Shown here: in pieces, positions 37,583-48,738 of the stretch | Layout: the number at the start of each line of letters is the position of its first letter | Position numbering within the stretch: the first letter of the stretch is position 1 | Assembly: GCF_050920415.1 (NCBI RefSeq) | Contig: NZ_CP169309.1 | Length of the DNA stretch: 64,000 nt | Strand: one strand, 5' to 3' | Source: Escherichia coli | GTDB lineage: Bacteria > Pseudomonadota > Gammaproteobacteria > Enterobacterales > Enterobacteriaceae | Notes under the pieces: generated by a model | Told to the model about the DNA's origin: nothing | The model's input: the letters and a program-made list of their open reading frames with translations, nothing else | Database searches by the model: none | Made by a program: the position numbers and the translations under genes

Positions 37583-37841
37583 TTGCATACATCAATGGCC
37601 CAATTTACACTGGGTCATTACTCATAATACCTGCTAATGCTTTACATCTCCTTCGCGTTTGTATATTTTCTTTATCACTTGCAGAAATGCGATGCTACGC
37701 CTTGCTCCGTAACTCACCCCATTGATTAACTTATTGAAATAGTTGATTATGGTGAGCAAAAGCGTTCCGTTCCAATTAGACATAAGATTATTGTAATTTT
37801 TTTAAATATTATTTTTCCATGAATAAAATTGGAGTAAGTGC

Positions 37842-38795
37842 GTGGATAGTAATAATCAAATTGAAACCTGTTTAAGCAGAAAGTCGTCAGAAGGTAAACC
37901 ACAAATATTTACAACCTTACGAAATATTGATCTTAACCTTCTGACTATTTTTGAAGCTGTGTATGTGCATAAAGGGATCGTTAATGCAGCGAAAGTGCTT
38001 AATCTGACACCCTCAGCAATCAGTCAGTCTATTCAGAAACTGCGCGTTATATTCCCTGACCCATTGTTTATTCGCAAAGGCCAGGGCGTCACTCCTACTG
38101 CATTTGCAATGCATTTGCATGAGTATATCAGTCAGGGCCTTGAATCCATTCTCGGCGCGCTGGATATCGAAGGAACCTATGATAAGCAACGAACGATAAC
38201 TATCGCGACCACCCCCTCGGTCGGAGCCCTGGTCCTTCCAGTCATCTATCGGGCGATTAAAACTCATTATCCGCAGCTTTTACTGCGCAACCCCCCTATC
38301 AGCGACGCGGAAAGCCAACTCAGTCAGTTTCAAACCGATCTCATCATTGATAACATGTTCTGCACCAATCGTACGGTACAACATCATGTTCTGTTCACCG
38401 ACAATATGGTGTTAATTTGCCGCGAGGGAAATTCGCTACTCTCCTTAGAAGATGACAGAGAGACTATCGAAAACGCTGCACATGTACTCCTGTTACCGGA
38501 AGGGCAAAATTTCAGCGGTTTGCGGCAGAGAGTTCAAGAGATGTTTCCGGACCGACAAATCAGTTTTACCAGCTACAACATTCTCACAATCGCTGCACTG
38601 GTTGCCAACAGTGACATGTTAGCGATTATTCCCAGCCGTTTTTATAATCTGTTTAGCCGTTGCTGGCCGCTGGAAAAGCTGCCTTTTCCGTCCTTAAATG
38701 AGGAGCAAATTGATTTCTCTATCCACTACAACAAATTCAGCCTGCGCGATCCTATCCTGCATGGGGTTATAGATGTTATCCGTAATGCATTTTGA
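37842..38795 (+). CDS. ybeF: LysR-family transcriptional regulator
   Basis: 317 aa; N-terminal LysR HTH; AT-rich gene; HTH region closely matches ybdO in this window. Confidence 0.88.
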   Translation: MDSNNQIETCLSRKSSEGKPQIFTTLRNIDLNLLTIFEAVYVHKGIVNAAKVLNLTPSAISQSIQKLRVIFPDPLFIRKGQGVTPTAFAMHLHEYISQGLESILGALDIEGTYDKQRTITIATTPSVGALVLPVIYRAIKTHYPQLLLRNPPISDAESQLSQFQTDLIIDNMFCTNRTVQHHVLFTDNMVLICREGNSLLSLEDDRETIENAAHVLLLPEGQNFSGLRQRVQEMFPDRQISFTSYNILTIAALVANSDMLAIIPSRFYNLFSRCWPLEKLPFPSLNEEQIDFSIHYNKFSLRDPILHGVIDVIRNAF

Positions 38796-39003
38796 GAAAG
38801 CGTTGTTACAGCCAGTTCACAGCGCAGCACGATAAAATGGCACAATCCAACAACAATTTTACATTTTCGCGACCGCTTTGGCTGCTTTCAAGCGCGTTTC
38901 AATGATATACTGCCAGTCGTTAATTCAAAAATAGTTGATAATTACAACAATCTATTGAATTGAAACGCTTTCCTTCGTAATTCGCAACTGGAACACGCAC
39001 GCT

Positions 39004-39969
39004 ATGAGTAAACCCATTGTGATGGAACGCGGTGTTAAATACCGCGATGCCGATAAGATGGCCCTTATCCCGGTTAAAAACGTGGCAACAGAGCGCGAAG
39101 CCCTGCTGCGCAAGCCGGAATGGATGAAAATCAAGCTTCCAGCGGACTCTACACGTATCCAGGGCATCAAAGCCGCAATGCGCAAAAATGGCCTGCATTC
39201 TGTCTGCGAGGAAGCCTCCTGCCCTAACCTGGCGGAATGCTTCAACCATGGCACAGCAACGTTTATGATCCTCGGCGCTATTTGTACCCGCCGTTGTCCG
39301 TTCTGTGACGTTGCCCACGGTCGCCCGGTAGCTCCAGATGCCAATGAACCAGTGAAACTGGCGCAGACCATTGCCGATATGGCGCTGCGTTATGTGGTTA
39401 TCACCTCCGTTGACCGTGATGACCTGCGCGATGGCGGTGCCCAGCACTTTGCGGATTGCATTACTGCCATTCGGGAAAAAAGCCCGCAAATCAAAATTGA
39501 AACTCTGGTGCCGGATTTCCGCGGTCGTATGGATCGTGCTCTGGATATTCTGACCGCCACACCACCAGATGTGTTCAACCATAACCTGGAAAACGTACCG
39601 CGTATTTACCGTCAGGTACGGCCTGGTGCAGATTACAACTGGTCGCTGAAGCTGCTGGAACGCTTTAAAGAAGCGCATCCGGAAATCCCGACCAAGTCTG
39701 GTCTGATGGTGGGTCTGGGTGAAACCAATGAAGAAATTATTGAGGTAATGCGCGACCTGCGCCGTCATGGTGTGACGATGCTAACGCTGGGGCAATATTT
39801 GCAGCCAAGCCGCCATCACCTGCCGGTTCAACGTTACGTTAGCCCGGATGAGTTCGACGAAATGAAAGCCGAAGCGCTGGCGATGGGCTTTACCCATGCT
39901 GCATGCGGTCCGTTTGTCCGCTCGTCTTACCACGCCGATTTGCAGGCGAAAGGGATGGAAGTTAAGTAA
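39004..39969 (+). CDS. lipA: Lipoyl synthase (radical SAM)
   Basis: 321 aa; CxxxCxxC radical-SAM motif plus second Cys cluster. Confidence 0.95.
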
Positions 39970-39998
39970 TCCTGTAATAATTACTTACATCTGTCTGA

Positions 39999-40030
39999 TA
40001 AAAAACCCGCTGTTTGAAGCGGGTTTTTTG
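39999..40030. terminator. Bidirectional intrinsic terminator between convergent lipA and tatE
   Basis: aaaaaacccgctgtttgaagcgggttttttg, hairpin flanked by A-run and T-run. Confidence 0.75.
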
Positions 40031-40069
40031 TATCGAACAAGATATTGAGGGAGCGTCCTGCTCGCCACG

Positions 40070-40273
40070 TCACTCTTTATGAGAGAGCTTTTCAGCCTGA
40101 AGATCAACGTCTGCGCCTTTTTTCGCCGCAGCATCGTCATCATTCATCGCCTTCTTGAACCCTTTAATGGCCGCTCCAAGGTCTCCGCCCAGCGTACGTA
40201 ACTTCTTAGTGCCAAACAGCAGAACGACCAGCGCCGCAACTACCAGCAGTTTGGTAATACTAATCTCACCCAT
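40070..40273 (-). CDS. tatE: Twin-arginine translocase subunit TatE
   Basis: 67 aa; [26 protein letters not shown] TatA/E-type N-terminus. Confidence 0.93.
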   Translation of the reverse strand: MGEISITKLLVVAALVVLLFGTKKLRTLGGDLGAAIKGFKKAMNDDDAAAKKGADVDLQAEKLSHKE

Positions 40274-40401
40274 AGATACCTTCTTGACATATAACCGGCA
40301 ACAGAACGCGCCTTAAAAACCAGAGAATATTAACGGTCATTCGACGCGCGCACACAATAGCAATCTGTAACAAGGTGAATCAAGCACCGAGTAAAAAAAC
40401 A

Positions 40402-41196
40402 TCATAATAATTGTGGCGGCGCAAAACGACGGTTGTTTAATACTGGAAGTTGCGCGCGCACCTGACGCACTCGTTCAGGCGTCACTTCCGCCATAATAAG
40501 GGCAGGCATTTCTGCCGCCGCCGCAATGGTGACACCAAAGGGATCTATAATCCGACTTTGCCCGATATTTTTGTTCCCGCACTCCCCCGCCGCCACCATA
40601 TAACTGGTAGTATCCAGCGCACGAGCGGCAAGCAACGTTGACCAGTGATGCTCTTTGAGCGGTCCGCGAACCCAGGCCGCGGGAAGTACCAGGATTTCAG
40701 CTCCCTGTAATGCCTGTGCCAGCGCCAGCTCTGGAAAGCGTAAGTCATAACAGGTCATCAGACCAACCTTCATCCCTTCGACCTCCAGTAACGAAGCGAT
40801 TTCGTTACCTGCATCAACATGGCGTGACTCCTGAATGGCAAATGCATCATAGAGATGCAGTTTGGCATAACGGGCGACAATGTTTCCCGCTTGTATGGCC
40901 ACCAGCATATTCCATGCGCGCCCCGGCGTTGAAGGAACATGAATCGTCAGTATTGTCGTCATCATGTTACGTTTACTTTCTCGCCGTAAACGTCCGAGGA
41001 ATTCGCCTTCCAGCAGCTGTGCTGATTTAACCGATAGATCTGCATCATGATCATCACGCGCCAACAATGCTTCCGGCAGGACAAACAGCGAAACGTCGTT
41101 TTCCGCCGCCTGCGCCATCAACGAGGCACAAATCTCAGCGTTCTTTTCCCACACAGATGTAACAGCAAACTGTCCTGCGGCAACCAGCATTGCCAC
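40402..41196 (-). CDS. ybeM: Carbon-nitrogen hydrolase (nitrilase-superfamily amidase), apparently intact
   Basis: Uninterrupted 264-aa ORF with SD aggagg; from memory the K-12 copy is an annotated frameshifted pseudogene. Confidence 0.8.
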   Translation of the reverse strand: MAMLVAAGQFAVTSVWEKNAEICASLMAQAAENDVSLFVLPEALLARDDHDADLSVKSAQLLEGEFLGRLRRESKRNMMTTILTIHVPSTPGRAWNMLVAIQAGNIVARYAKLHLYDAFAIQESRHVDAGNEIASLLEVEGMKVGLMTCYDLRFPELALAQALQGAEILVLPAAWVRGPLKEHHWSTLLAARALDTTSYMVAAGECGNKNIGQSRIIDPFGVTIAAAAEMPALIMAEVTPERVRQVRAQLPVLNNRRFAPPQLL

Positions 41197-41285
41197 CTCC
41201 TACTGTCAGAGTCGTAAAATTCGCCAACGGCGATTATTCGGCGTTACACTTATCACTCATACAAATCAAATAGCAGGATTTTGCA

Positions 41286-41669
41286 GTGTTACAACTTCTT
41301 TTAGCAGTTTTTATTGGCGGTGGTACGGGAAGCGTGGCGAGATGGCTGTTAAGTATGCGATTTAACCCGCTGCATCAGGCGATTCCGTTGGGGACGCTGG
41401 CTGCAAACCTGATTGGGGCATTCATCATAGGAATGGGATTCGCCTGGTTTAGCAGGATGACGAACATTGATCCAGTGTGGAAAGTATTAATCACCACCGG
41501 ATTTTGTGGCGGTCTAACAACCTTCTCAACATTTTCGGCAGAAGTGGTGTTTTTGTTACAAGAGGGCCGCTTTGGCTGGGCATTACTGAACGTTTTCGTC
41601 AACCTTCTGGGGTCTTTTGCCATGACCGCACTGGCTTTCTGGCTGTTTTCGGCCTCAACCGCAAACTAA
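41286..41669 (+). CDS. crcB: Fluoride ion channel CrcB/Fluc
   Basis: 127-aa four-TM protein with GxxGG-type motifs. Confidence 0.93.
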   Translation: MLQLLLAVFIGGGTGSVARWLLSMRFNPLHQAIPLGTLAANLIGAFIIGMGFAWFSRMTNIDPVWKVLITTGFCGGLTTFSTFSAEVVFLLQEGRFGWALLNVFVNLLGSFAMTALAFWLFSASTAN

Positions 41670-41673
41670 AGAC

Positions 41674-41706
41674 CAAAAAAAACCCGCTGATTAAGCGGGT
41701 TTTGAA
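41674..41706. terminator. Bidirectional intrinsic terminator between convergent crcB and cspE
   Basis: aaaaaaaacccgctgattaagcgggttttg. Confidence 0.75.
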
Positions 41707-41722
41707 TTCTTGCTGACGTATC

Positions 41723-41932
41723 TTACAGAGCGATTACGTTTGCAGCAGAAGGGCCTTTGGCACCGTTAGTGATTTCGAACTCTACGCGCTGACCTTCAGC
41801 AAGAGTTTTAAAACCATTAGTCTGGATTGCAGAGAAGTGTACGAACACGTCTTTGCTGCCGTCTTCCGGAGTAATGAAACCGAATCCTTTGGACTCATTA
41901 AACCACTTAACGTTACCTTTAATCTTAGACAT
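41723..41932 (-). CDS. cspE: Cold-shock-domain protein CspE
   Basis: 69 aa from [20 protein letters not shown] (RNP1 motif); the track ORF is an upstream in-frame extension. Confidence 0.93.
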
Positions 41933-42106
41933 CAAAATTACCTTTACATGAAAAATAGACACAAATGCTGTGTCGGTTACCAGTACACCAATTGTGGTAC
42001 GCTTTGTCCAGTGCAACTTTACTAAAAAGTGATAAAAGTCGCGTTATTTTTGATGTTAATTATTTTACTCATTGATTTTAAAGAAGTTACTAAAATTTCA
42101 TTTGTC

Positions 42107-42667
42107 TCAAAACTGAAAGCGCATCCAGGCAAAGTACACATTGCCATTGTTATAGGTACCCGGAATGTAGGTCATCTGAAAAGTCACTGGACCATAACCC
42201 ACAGAGGCCAATGGCAGTAGAACCGGGAGAGGGATGTAATTCCAGTTATCGCGTGCCGTTACGCCAGCGGTGAATCCCAGTCCTAAATGAAAATTTTCAT
42301 CCGCCAGCGGTCGCCAGGTACTTTCCCATCCGTATCCGGCAATCGGTTCCCATTTGTTCCACGAGTCCTTAAATGCCATGGCATACAGGCCATGCCAGTT
42401 TCCTTTTTCATCCCAACGCGACTGACCAAAACCGCCACCCCACGGTCGCTCGTTATAGCGATCGGTTTTTTCTTTGTCGTAAGCGAAACGAGCATGCCAG
42501 GTGATGGCAGGAATATATAAATCATAATGTTCAGGCTGTTGCCAGGTTTGTGTAATATTTTCTCCAAACGTTGTCATCCACTCATCTGCGTTAGCTAAAA
42601 CTTTACCAACGCTGATTAACTGAATAAAAACAAAGGAAAATATAGAGACATATTTACTCACGTTCAT
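42107..42667 (-). CDS. pagP: Lipid A palmitoyltransferase PagP (outer-membrane beta-barrel)
   Basis: 186 aa from [25 protein letters not shown] signal peptide. Confidence 0.92.
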   Translation of the reverse strand: MNVSKYVSIFSFVFIQLISVGKVLANADEWMTTFGENITQTWQQPEHYDLYIPAITWHARFAYDKEKTDRYNERPWGGGFGQSRWDEKGNWHGLYAMAFKDSWNKWEPIAGYGWESTWRPLADENFHLGLGFTAGVTARDNWNYIPLPVLLPLASVGYGPVTFQMTYIPGTYNNGNVYFAWMRFQF

Positions 42668-43152
42668 TTGTGACCATAAAACATTTATCAAAAATCTACT
42701 ATTAGCATAGCAAAACTACAATTAACATAACCTTAATAGACCCAACATGAAGAATAATCTGAATAGCTGTTCTATTTATTTCCGCTTGTTCAAGATAAAT
42801 ATTTCCGCGCATCTATTAAAGATGATGCGTCGTTTTCTGCGATGGGAATAGTCATAAAAGAAAAACCAAGTCTTTTTTGATGACAAAATACAATCAAGAA
42901 AAAATTACTTTATTTTTTAATAAGATACAAAAAACTTCTTAACGAAGAATATATTATATATCGTCAACCTATGCTCATGGTAGATTATTTTTTGAGCGCA
43001 CGCCCGCGGCTAACACCATTGCAATTAACAAATTTGCATCAATCCACCATCAATTTACACACATTATTATGTGATAATTGCCAACCGCTAAATATGCGTT
43101 TTGTTATCTATGTATAAAAACAGCAACTTCAATGTCTTAATGGCAGTTTTTC

Positions 43153-43166
43153 TTGATTTTAATCAG
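43153..43166 (+). promoter_or_regulatory. FNR/CRP-family half-site pair (TTGAT-N4-ATCAg) upstream of dcuC
   Basis: ttgatTTTAatcag about 90 bp upstream of the dcuC ATG, inside a 560-bp AT-rich spacer; dcuC is anaerobically induced. Confidence 0.4.
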
Positions 43167-43255
43167 CATTCACCGCCAATTTATTGGGCATATTTTTTCC
43201 TTAAGTTTTAGGAATTTTTTATTATTTACTTTGGGGCCTGGAGACAGGAAAAATT

Positions 43256-44641
43256 ATGCTGACATTCATTGAACTCCTTATTGGGGTTGTGGTTATTGTG
43301 GGTGTAGCTCGCTACATCATTAAAGGGTATTCCGCCACTGGCGTGTTATTTGTCGGTGGCCTGTTATTGCTGATTATTAGTGCCATTATGGGGCACAAAG
43401 TGTTACCGTCCAGCCAGGCTTCAACAGGCTACAGCGCCACGGATATCGTTGAATACGTTAAAATATTGCTAATGAGCCGCGGCGGCGACCTCGGCATGAT
43501 GATTATGATGCTGTGTGGCTTTGCCGCTTACATGACCCATATCGGCGCGAATGATATGGTGGTCAAGCTGGCGTCAAAACCATTGCAGTATATTAACTCC
43601 CCTTACCTGTTGATGATTGCCGCCTATTTTGTCGCCTGTCTGATGTCTCTGGCCGTCTCTTCCGCAACCGGTCTGGGTGTTTTGCTGATGGCAACCCTGT
43701 TTCCGGTGATGGTGAACGTTGGTATCAGCCGTGGTGCAGCTGCTGCTATTTGTGCCTCCCCGGCGGCGATTATTCTCGCACCGACTTCAGGGGATGTGGT
43801 GCTGGCGGCGCAGGCTTCCGAAATGTCGCTGATTGATTTCGCCTTCAAAACGACGCTGCCTATCTCAATTGCTGCAATTATCGGCATGGCGATCGCCCAC
43901 TTCTTCTGGCAACGTTATCTGGATAAAAAAGAGCACATCTCTCATGAAATGTTAGATGTCAGCGAAATCACCACCACTGCTCCTGCGTTTTATGCCATTT
44001 TGCCGTTCACGCCGATCATCGGAGTGCTGATTTTTGACGGCAAATGGGGGCCGCAATTACACATCATCACTATTCTGGTGATTTGTATGCTGATTGCCTC
44101 CATTCTGGAGTTCATCCGCAGCTTTAATACCCAGAAAGTGTTCTCGGGCCTGGAAGTGGCTTATCGCGGGATGGCAGATGCGTTTGCTAACGTGGTGATG
44201 CTGCTGGTTGCCGCTGGGGTATTCGCTCAGGGGCTTAGCACCATCGGCTTTATTCAAAGTCTGATTTCTATCGCCACTTCGTTTGGTTCGGCGAGTATCA
44301 TCCTGATGCTGGTATTGGTGATCCTGACAATGCTGGCGGCAGTCACGACCGGTTCAGGCAATGCGCCGTTTTATGCGTTTGTTGAGATGATCCCGAAACT
44401 GGCGCACTCTTCCGGCATTAACCCGGCGTATTTGACTATCCCAATGCTGCAGGCGTCAAACCTCGGTCGTACCCTGTCACCCGTTTCTGGCGTAGTCGTT
44501 GCGGTTGCCGGGATGGCGAAAATCTCACCATTTGAAGTCGTAAAACGCACCTCGGTGCCGGTGCTTGTTGGGCTGGTGATTGTTATCGTTGCTACAGAGC
44601 TGATGGTGCCAGGAACGGCAGCCGCGGTCACAGGCAAGTAA
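43256..44641 (+). CDS. dcuC: Anaerobic C4-dicarboxylate transporter DcuC
   Basis: 461-aa polytopic membrane protein. Confidence 0.93.
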   Translation: MLTFIELLIGVVVIVGVARYIIKGYSATGVLFVGGLLLLIISAIMGHKVLPSSQASTGYSATDIVEYVKILLMSRGGDLGMMIMMLCGFAAYMTHIGANDMVVKLASKPLQYINSPYLLMIAAYFVACLMSLAVSSATGLGVLLMATLFPVMVNVGISRGAAAAICASPAAIILAPTSGDVVLAAQASEMSLIDFAFKTTLPISIAAIIGMAIAHFFWQRYLDKKEHISHEMLDVSEITTTAPAFYAILPFTPIIGVLIFDGKWGPQLHIITILVICMLIASILEFIRSFNTQKVFSGLEVAYRGMADAFANVVMLLVAAGVFAQGLSTIGFIQSLISIATSFGSASIILMLVLVILTMLAAVTTGSGNAPFYAFVEMIPKLAHSSGINPAYLTIPMLQASNLGRTLSPVSGVVVAVAGMAKISPFEVVKRTSVPVLVGLVIVIVATELMVPGTAAAVTGK

Positions 44642-44681
44642 ATAGTCATGCCGGAGGCAAGCTTCCTCCGGCTTTATCATG

Positions 44682-45362
44682 TCACCCACTGTGGTATATG
44701 CGTTGCGGTCTGCCAACTTTGCCGTGAACAATTTCAGCAATAATCAGATGGCGGCTGGCGCAATATTCAAGATAACGTCTGGCAGTGGTGCGGCTGATAG
44801 TCAGTGCCTGCGCCACCGTTTCTGCCGTATGTTGCACACCAGGCTCTTTAAACAGTTTTCGCACCGCGTTTAGCGTCAAGGGGTCAATGCCGGTCGGCAG
44901 TTCGTCTTTGGGTTCACCGCGAGCATAGGCATTAAACATCTCATCGATTTGCTTCTGGCTGGCGCTATCAATACTTTCCAGCATATGTTTACGCTGGCGG
45001 AAACGGGTTAGCGTTTGCCCCAGCCGTTCATAGGCAATTGGCTTAATGAGATAATCAAATACACCACAACGTACGGCTTCAGACACCGTTTCCATATCAC
45101 TGGCTGCAGTGGTAAACACCACGTCGCCGGGATAATGCGCCTGCACCAGTTCATGCAGTAAATTAATCCCTCTACCGTCAGGAAGATAGTTATCGAGCAA
45201 GATTAGCCCCGGCTTAAAACGCTCGATCATCATTCGGGCCTGCGCCAGGTTTCCCGCCAGTAATATCTGACTGAATCCGGGAATGTGACGAATATATTCC
45301 GCATGCATCTCTGCCAGCGGCGTTTCGTCCTCAACGATCAATAGGGTTAATGGAGCTGTCAT
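44682..45362 (-). CDS. dpiA: Two-component response regulator DpiA/CitB
   Basis: 226 aa; receiver domain (LIVEDE...D) plus C-terminal HTH. Confidence 0.93.
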   Translation of the reverse strand: MTAPLTLLIVEDETPLAEMHAEYIRHIPGFSQILLAGNLAQARMMIERFKPGLILLDNYLPDGRGINLLHELVQAHYPGDVVFTTAASDMETVSEAVRCGVFDYLIKPIAYERLGQTLTRFRQRKHMLESIDSASQKQIDEMFNAYARGEPKDELPTGIDPLTLNAVRKLFKEPGVQHTAETVAQALTISRTTARRYLEYCASRHLIIAEIVHGKVGRPQRIYHSG

Positions 45363-46989
45363 TAGGTTTCACTTTCGGAATATAGATTGAAAATAAGGTA
45401 CCGCAGGGATCATTATCTTCGAGAGTGATAACACCACCGCAGCGCGTTACGTAGCTGGCAATCAAGTACAACCCAATGCCATGTTCGCCGGGCTCGTCAG
45501 CACGCGTACTGACACCCTGCTCAAATATTTTGTCTCGTAGAGACTCTGGAACGCCGCAGCCCTGATCGGCGACTTCAATCACCACATCATCGCCTTCATC
45601 GCTGAGGAATAATTCAACGATCTTGTTTCCTTCATCGCTACGCAGGCTGGCTTCGAAGGCGTTATCAAGTAAATTGCCAACAATGGCTGCAAACTCGGTG
45701 CTGTCCAGTCCTGGCGGCAGTTGCGAAAGCTGACTTCCGGGGACGATGACCATTTTTAGCCCCAGTTCGCGGGCGCGCTGCACTTTACCAAAAAGCAGCC
45801 CCGCCACCTGGCGATCGGCAAACGCCTCGCGCAGGCTATCAATGAGCTGTTGCTGGGCCTGAGACTCCCCCTGCACCATCGCCAACACGCGATCATACTC
45901 TTTCATCTGCAACAGACCATTGAGCGTCGACATCCAATTGAGATGCTCGTGTCGCAATGTGCGCAGGCTCTCGACGTATTGTTTAATTTGCGTCAGTTGT
46001 GCATTGAGGGTGGATATTTCGTCTTTACTACGAAAGCTGATAATGGCCCCCAGCAAATCATCACCAGAACGAATAGCTTCCCGGTTGGCAATAACGCTCA
46101 GACCGTTAAAGTTCGCCACCACATCCTGACGTTTTTCATCAATCTGTTCGGTAAAGAAATCGGCGGGCCTGACCACTTCAGCAATGGGTTTACCCAACCA
46201 TTGCCGTCCGGGGGAACTCAGCCCCAGCATCTTTCTTGCGTTACGATTGATGGCGGTAATGTAACCGTGCGGATCCACCGCAATCAGCCCTTCATAAACC
46301 GAACTAAACAGCGCCTCTTGCTGACGGACCACGCGTGCGATTTGCTTTGGCTCCATGCCCATCATTTGCCGACGGATATGCGCGGCCAGGAACCACGACA
46401 GCAACATCAGAATCCCTAACAGCACGACAAACACGCCAGCCATCGGTAATAAAAACTCAGCCCGCCAGCTATCGATTTTACTCACCAGGTAGCCAATCGA
46501 CACCACGCCGATGACTTTTCCATCGTCATCAAAGATTGGCGTTTTGGCACGCATCGCCATGCCAATTGACCCTTTCCCGGTGATAAAGTAGCTCTCCCCT
46601 TTCTCCAGCGCGCCCGGTTTGGTGAATTGCATAGGATAACCAATTTTCTCCGGATTAGGATGGTAAAGACGAATCGAGTGCCGGTCACCAATCACGACAT
46701 AATCGAAATCAGTATCTCTTTGTAATTTGTTAGCGATGGTCGCCAGCCTCTTGTAGTCACGCGTTTTCACTGCGCTGATGATACTGTCATTAGAAGCAAT
46801 AATTTTTGCCTGATTCATTGCCATGTCGCGCACATGAAGCGTTAAATAGTCCTCAAAACTGGCCGTAAAATATTGCGCCAGGGCTGCAATGACAAATATT
46901 GAGAACACCAGAATCAGCAAAAAGATACGCAGCGGAAATGCCAGTCTTTGGAAAAATGCAAACTGTTTATTCTCGTTAAGCTGCAACAT
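45331..46989 (-). CDS. dpiB: Citrate-sensing histidine kinase DpiB/CitA
   Basis: 552 aa from MLQLNENKQ; two TM segments flanking a periplasmic sensor domain, then HATPase; overlaps dpiA by 32 bp. Confidence 0.9.
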   Translation of the reverse strand: MLQLNENKQFAFFQRLAFPLRIFLLILVFSIFVIAALAQYFTASFEDYLTLHVRDMAMNQAKIIASNDSIISAVKTRDYKRLATIANKLQRDTDFDYVVIGDRHSIRLYHPNPEKIGYPMQFTKPGALEKGESYFITGKGSIGMAMRAKTPIFDDDGKVIGVVSIGYLVSKIDSWRAEFLLPMAGVFVVLLGILMLLSWFLAAHIRRQMMGMEPKQIARVVRQQEALFSSVYEGLIAVDPHGYITAINRNARKMLGLSSPGRQWLGKPIAEVVRPADFFTEQIDEKRQDVVANFNGLSVIANREAIRSGDDLLGAIISFRSKDEISTLNAQLTQIKQYVESLRTLRHEHLNWMSTLNGLLQMKEYDRVLAMVQGESQAQQQLIDSLREAFADRQVAGLLFGKVQRARELGLKMVIVPGSQLSQLPPGLDSTEFAAIVGNLLDNAFEASLRSDEGNKIVELFLSDEGDDVVIEVADQGCGVPESLRDKIFEQGVSTRADEPGEHGIGLYLIASYVTRCGGVITLEDNDPCGTLFSIYIPKVKPNDSSINPIDR

Positions 46990-47368
46990 TGTTTTCCTTG
47001 CGGGTTGTCCCGAGCCTTTTTGACGGATGTAATTAAAATGTTGAATCAAAATACATAGATATTAAATATAATCGTGGCAAATTTTATTCATTAAATCAAT
47101 TAAATCACTTAAACCTGCGGGTCATTTCGTAATTACATTAATTAAAAAACTTAAAACCATTAAATAAATAAAAAACCACTAACTCTATGTGAAATAAATC
47201 AAAATTTCACGCTGCAATACTCCTTAGGATGTATAGCGAAAGGAGAAAAAGATATACCTCGATCGCCCCCCTTTCTCCCAAGTGAAAATAAAAGGTTATC
47301 AGTTTGCAACATCGAACAACATTCGTTGCAAATCGATAACAACATGCACCTTCAGGATACTATTTATT

Positions 47369-48427
47369 ATGTTCGGCAATGATATTTTCACCCGTGTAAA
47401 ACGTTCAGAAAATAAAAAAATGGCGGAAATCGTCCAATTCCTGCATGAAAATGATTTGAGCGTTGACACCACAGTCGAAGTATTTATTACCGTAACCCGC
47501 GATGAAAAGCTTATCGCGTGCGGTGGAATTGCCGGAAATATTATTAAATGCGTTGCTATCAGTGAATCCGTTCGCGGTGAAGGACTGGCGCTGACATTAG
47601 CCACTGAATTGATAAACCTCGCCTATGAGCGGCACAGCACGCATCTGTTTATTTATACCAAAACCGAATACGAGGCGCTGTTCCGCCAGTGCGGTTTTTC
47701 CACGCTGACCAGTGTACCCGGCGTGATGGTGCTGATGGAAAACAGCGCCACGCGACTGAAACGCTATGCCGAATCGCTGAAAAAATTTCGTCATCCAGGG
47801 AACAAGATTGGCTGCATTGTGATGAACGCCAATCCCTTTACGAATGGTCACCGTTATCTGATTCAACAGGCTGCAGCACAGTGCGACTGGTTGCATCTGT
47901 TTTTAGTTAAAGAAGATTCTTCACGCTTTCCCTATGAAGACCGGCTGGATCTGGTGTTAAAAGGCACCGCCGATATTCCACGCCTGACTGTGCATCGCGG
48001 CTCCGAATACATCATCTCCCGCGCTACGTTCCCTTGCTACTTCATTAAAGAACAGAGCGTCATTAACCATTGTTACACCGAAATTGATCTGAAGATTTTC
48101 CGTCAGTACCTCGCTCCCGCGCTGGGTGTAACTCACCGCTTTGTCGGTACTGAACCCTTTTGTCGCGTTACCGCCCAGTACAACCAGGATATGCGCTACT
48201 GGCTGGAAACGCCGACTATCTCCGCACCGCCCATCGAACTGGTTGAAATTGAGCGGCTGCGTTACCAGGAGATGCCGATATCCGCTTCCCGGGTACGTCA
48301 ACTGCTGGCGAAAAACGATCTCACGGCTATCGCGCCGCTGGTCCCTGCAGTCACGCTGCATTATTTGCAGAACCTGCTTGAGCACTCCCGCCAGGACGCG
48401 GCAGCTCGTCAAAAGACCCCCGCATGA
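47369..48427 (+). CDS. citC: [Citrate (pro-3S)-lyase] ligase
   Basis: 352 aa from MFGNDIFTRV; heads the citCDEFXG operon. Confidence 0.9.
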   Translation: MFGNDIFTRVKRSENKKMAEIVQFLHENDLSVDTTVEVFITVTRDEKLIACGGIAGNIIKCVAISESVRGEGLALTLATELINLAYERHSTHLFIYTKTEYEALFRQCGFSTLTSVPGVMVLMENSATRLKRYAESLKKFRHPGNKIGCIVMNANPFTNGHRYLIQQAAAQCDWLHLFLVKEDSSRFPYEDRLDLVLKGTADIPRLTVHRGSEYIISRATFPCYFIKEQSVINHCYTEIDLKIFRQYLAPALGVTHRFVGTEPFCRVTAQYNQDMRYWLETPTISAPPIELVEIERLRYQEMPISASRVRQLLAKNDLTAIAPLVPAVTLHYLQNLLEHSRQDAAARQKTPA

Positions 48428-48441
48428 GAAACAGGTGAAAA

Positions 48442-48738
48442 ATGAAAATAAACCAGCCCGCCGTTGCAGGCACCCTTGAGTCTGGGGATGTGATGATACG
48501 CATCGCCCCACTCGATACGCAGGATATCGACCTGCAAATCAACAGCAGCGTTGAAAAACAGTTTGGTGATGCCATTCGCACCACCATTCTGGACGTTCTC
48601 GCCCGCTACAACGTGCGCGGCGTACAGCTGAATGTCGATGACAAAGGCGCACTGGACTGCATTTTACGTGCACGACTGGAAGCCCTGCTGGCACGCGCCA
48701 GCGGTATCCCGGCTCTGCCATGGGAGGATTGCCAATGA
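48442..48738 (+). CDS. citD: Citrate lyase acyl carrier protein (gamma subunit)
   Basis: 98 aa; recognised CitD sequence. Confidence 0.93.

Noticed and set aside
41197-41285. Possible fluoride riboswitch upstream of crcB
   Set aside because: The only resemblance (cctcctactg) is the reverse complement of the ybeM Shine-Dalgarno on the other strand; no conserved riboswitch core (GGCGATGG...AAAC...GCC) seen
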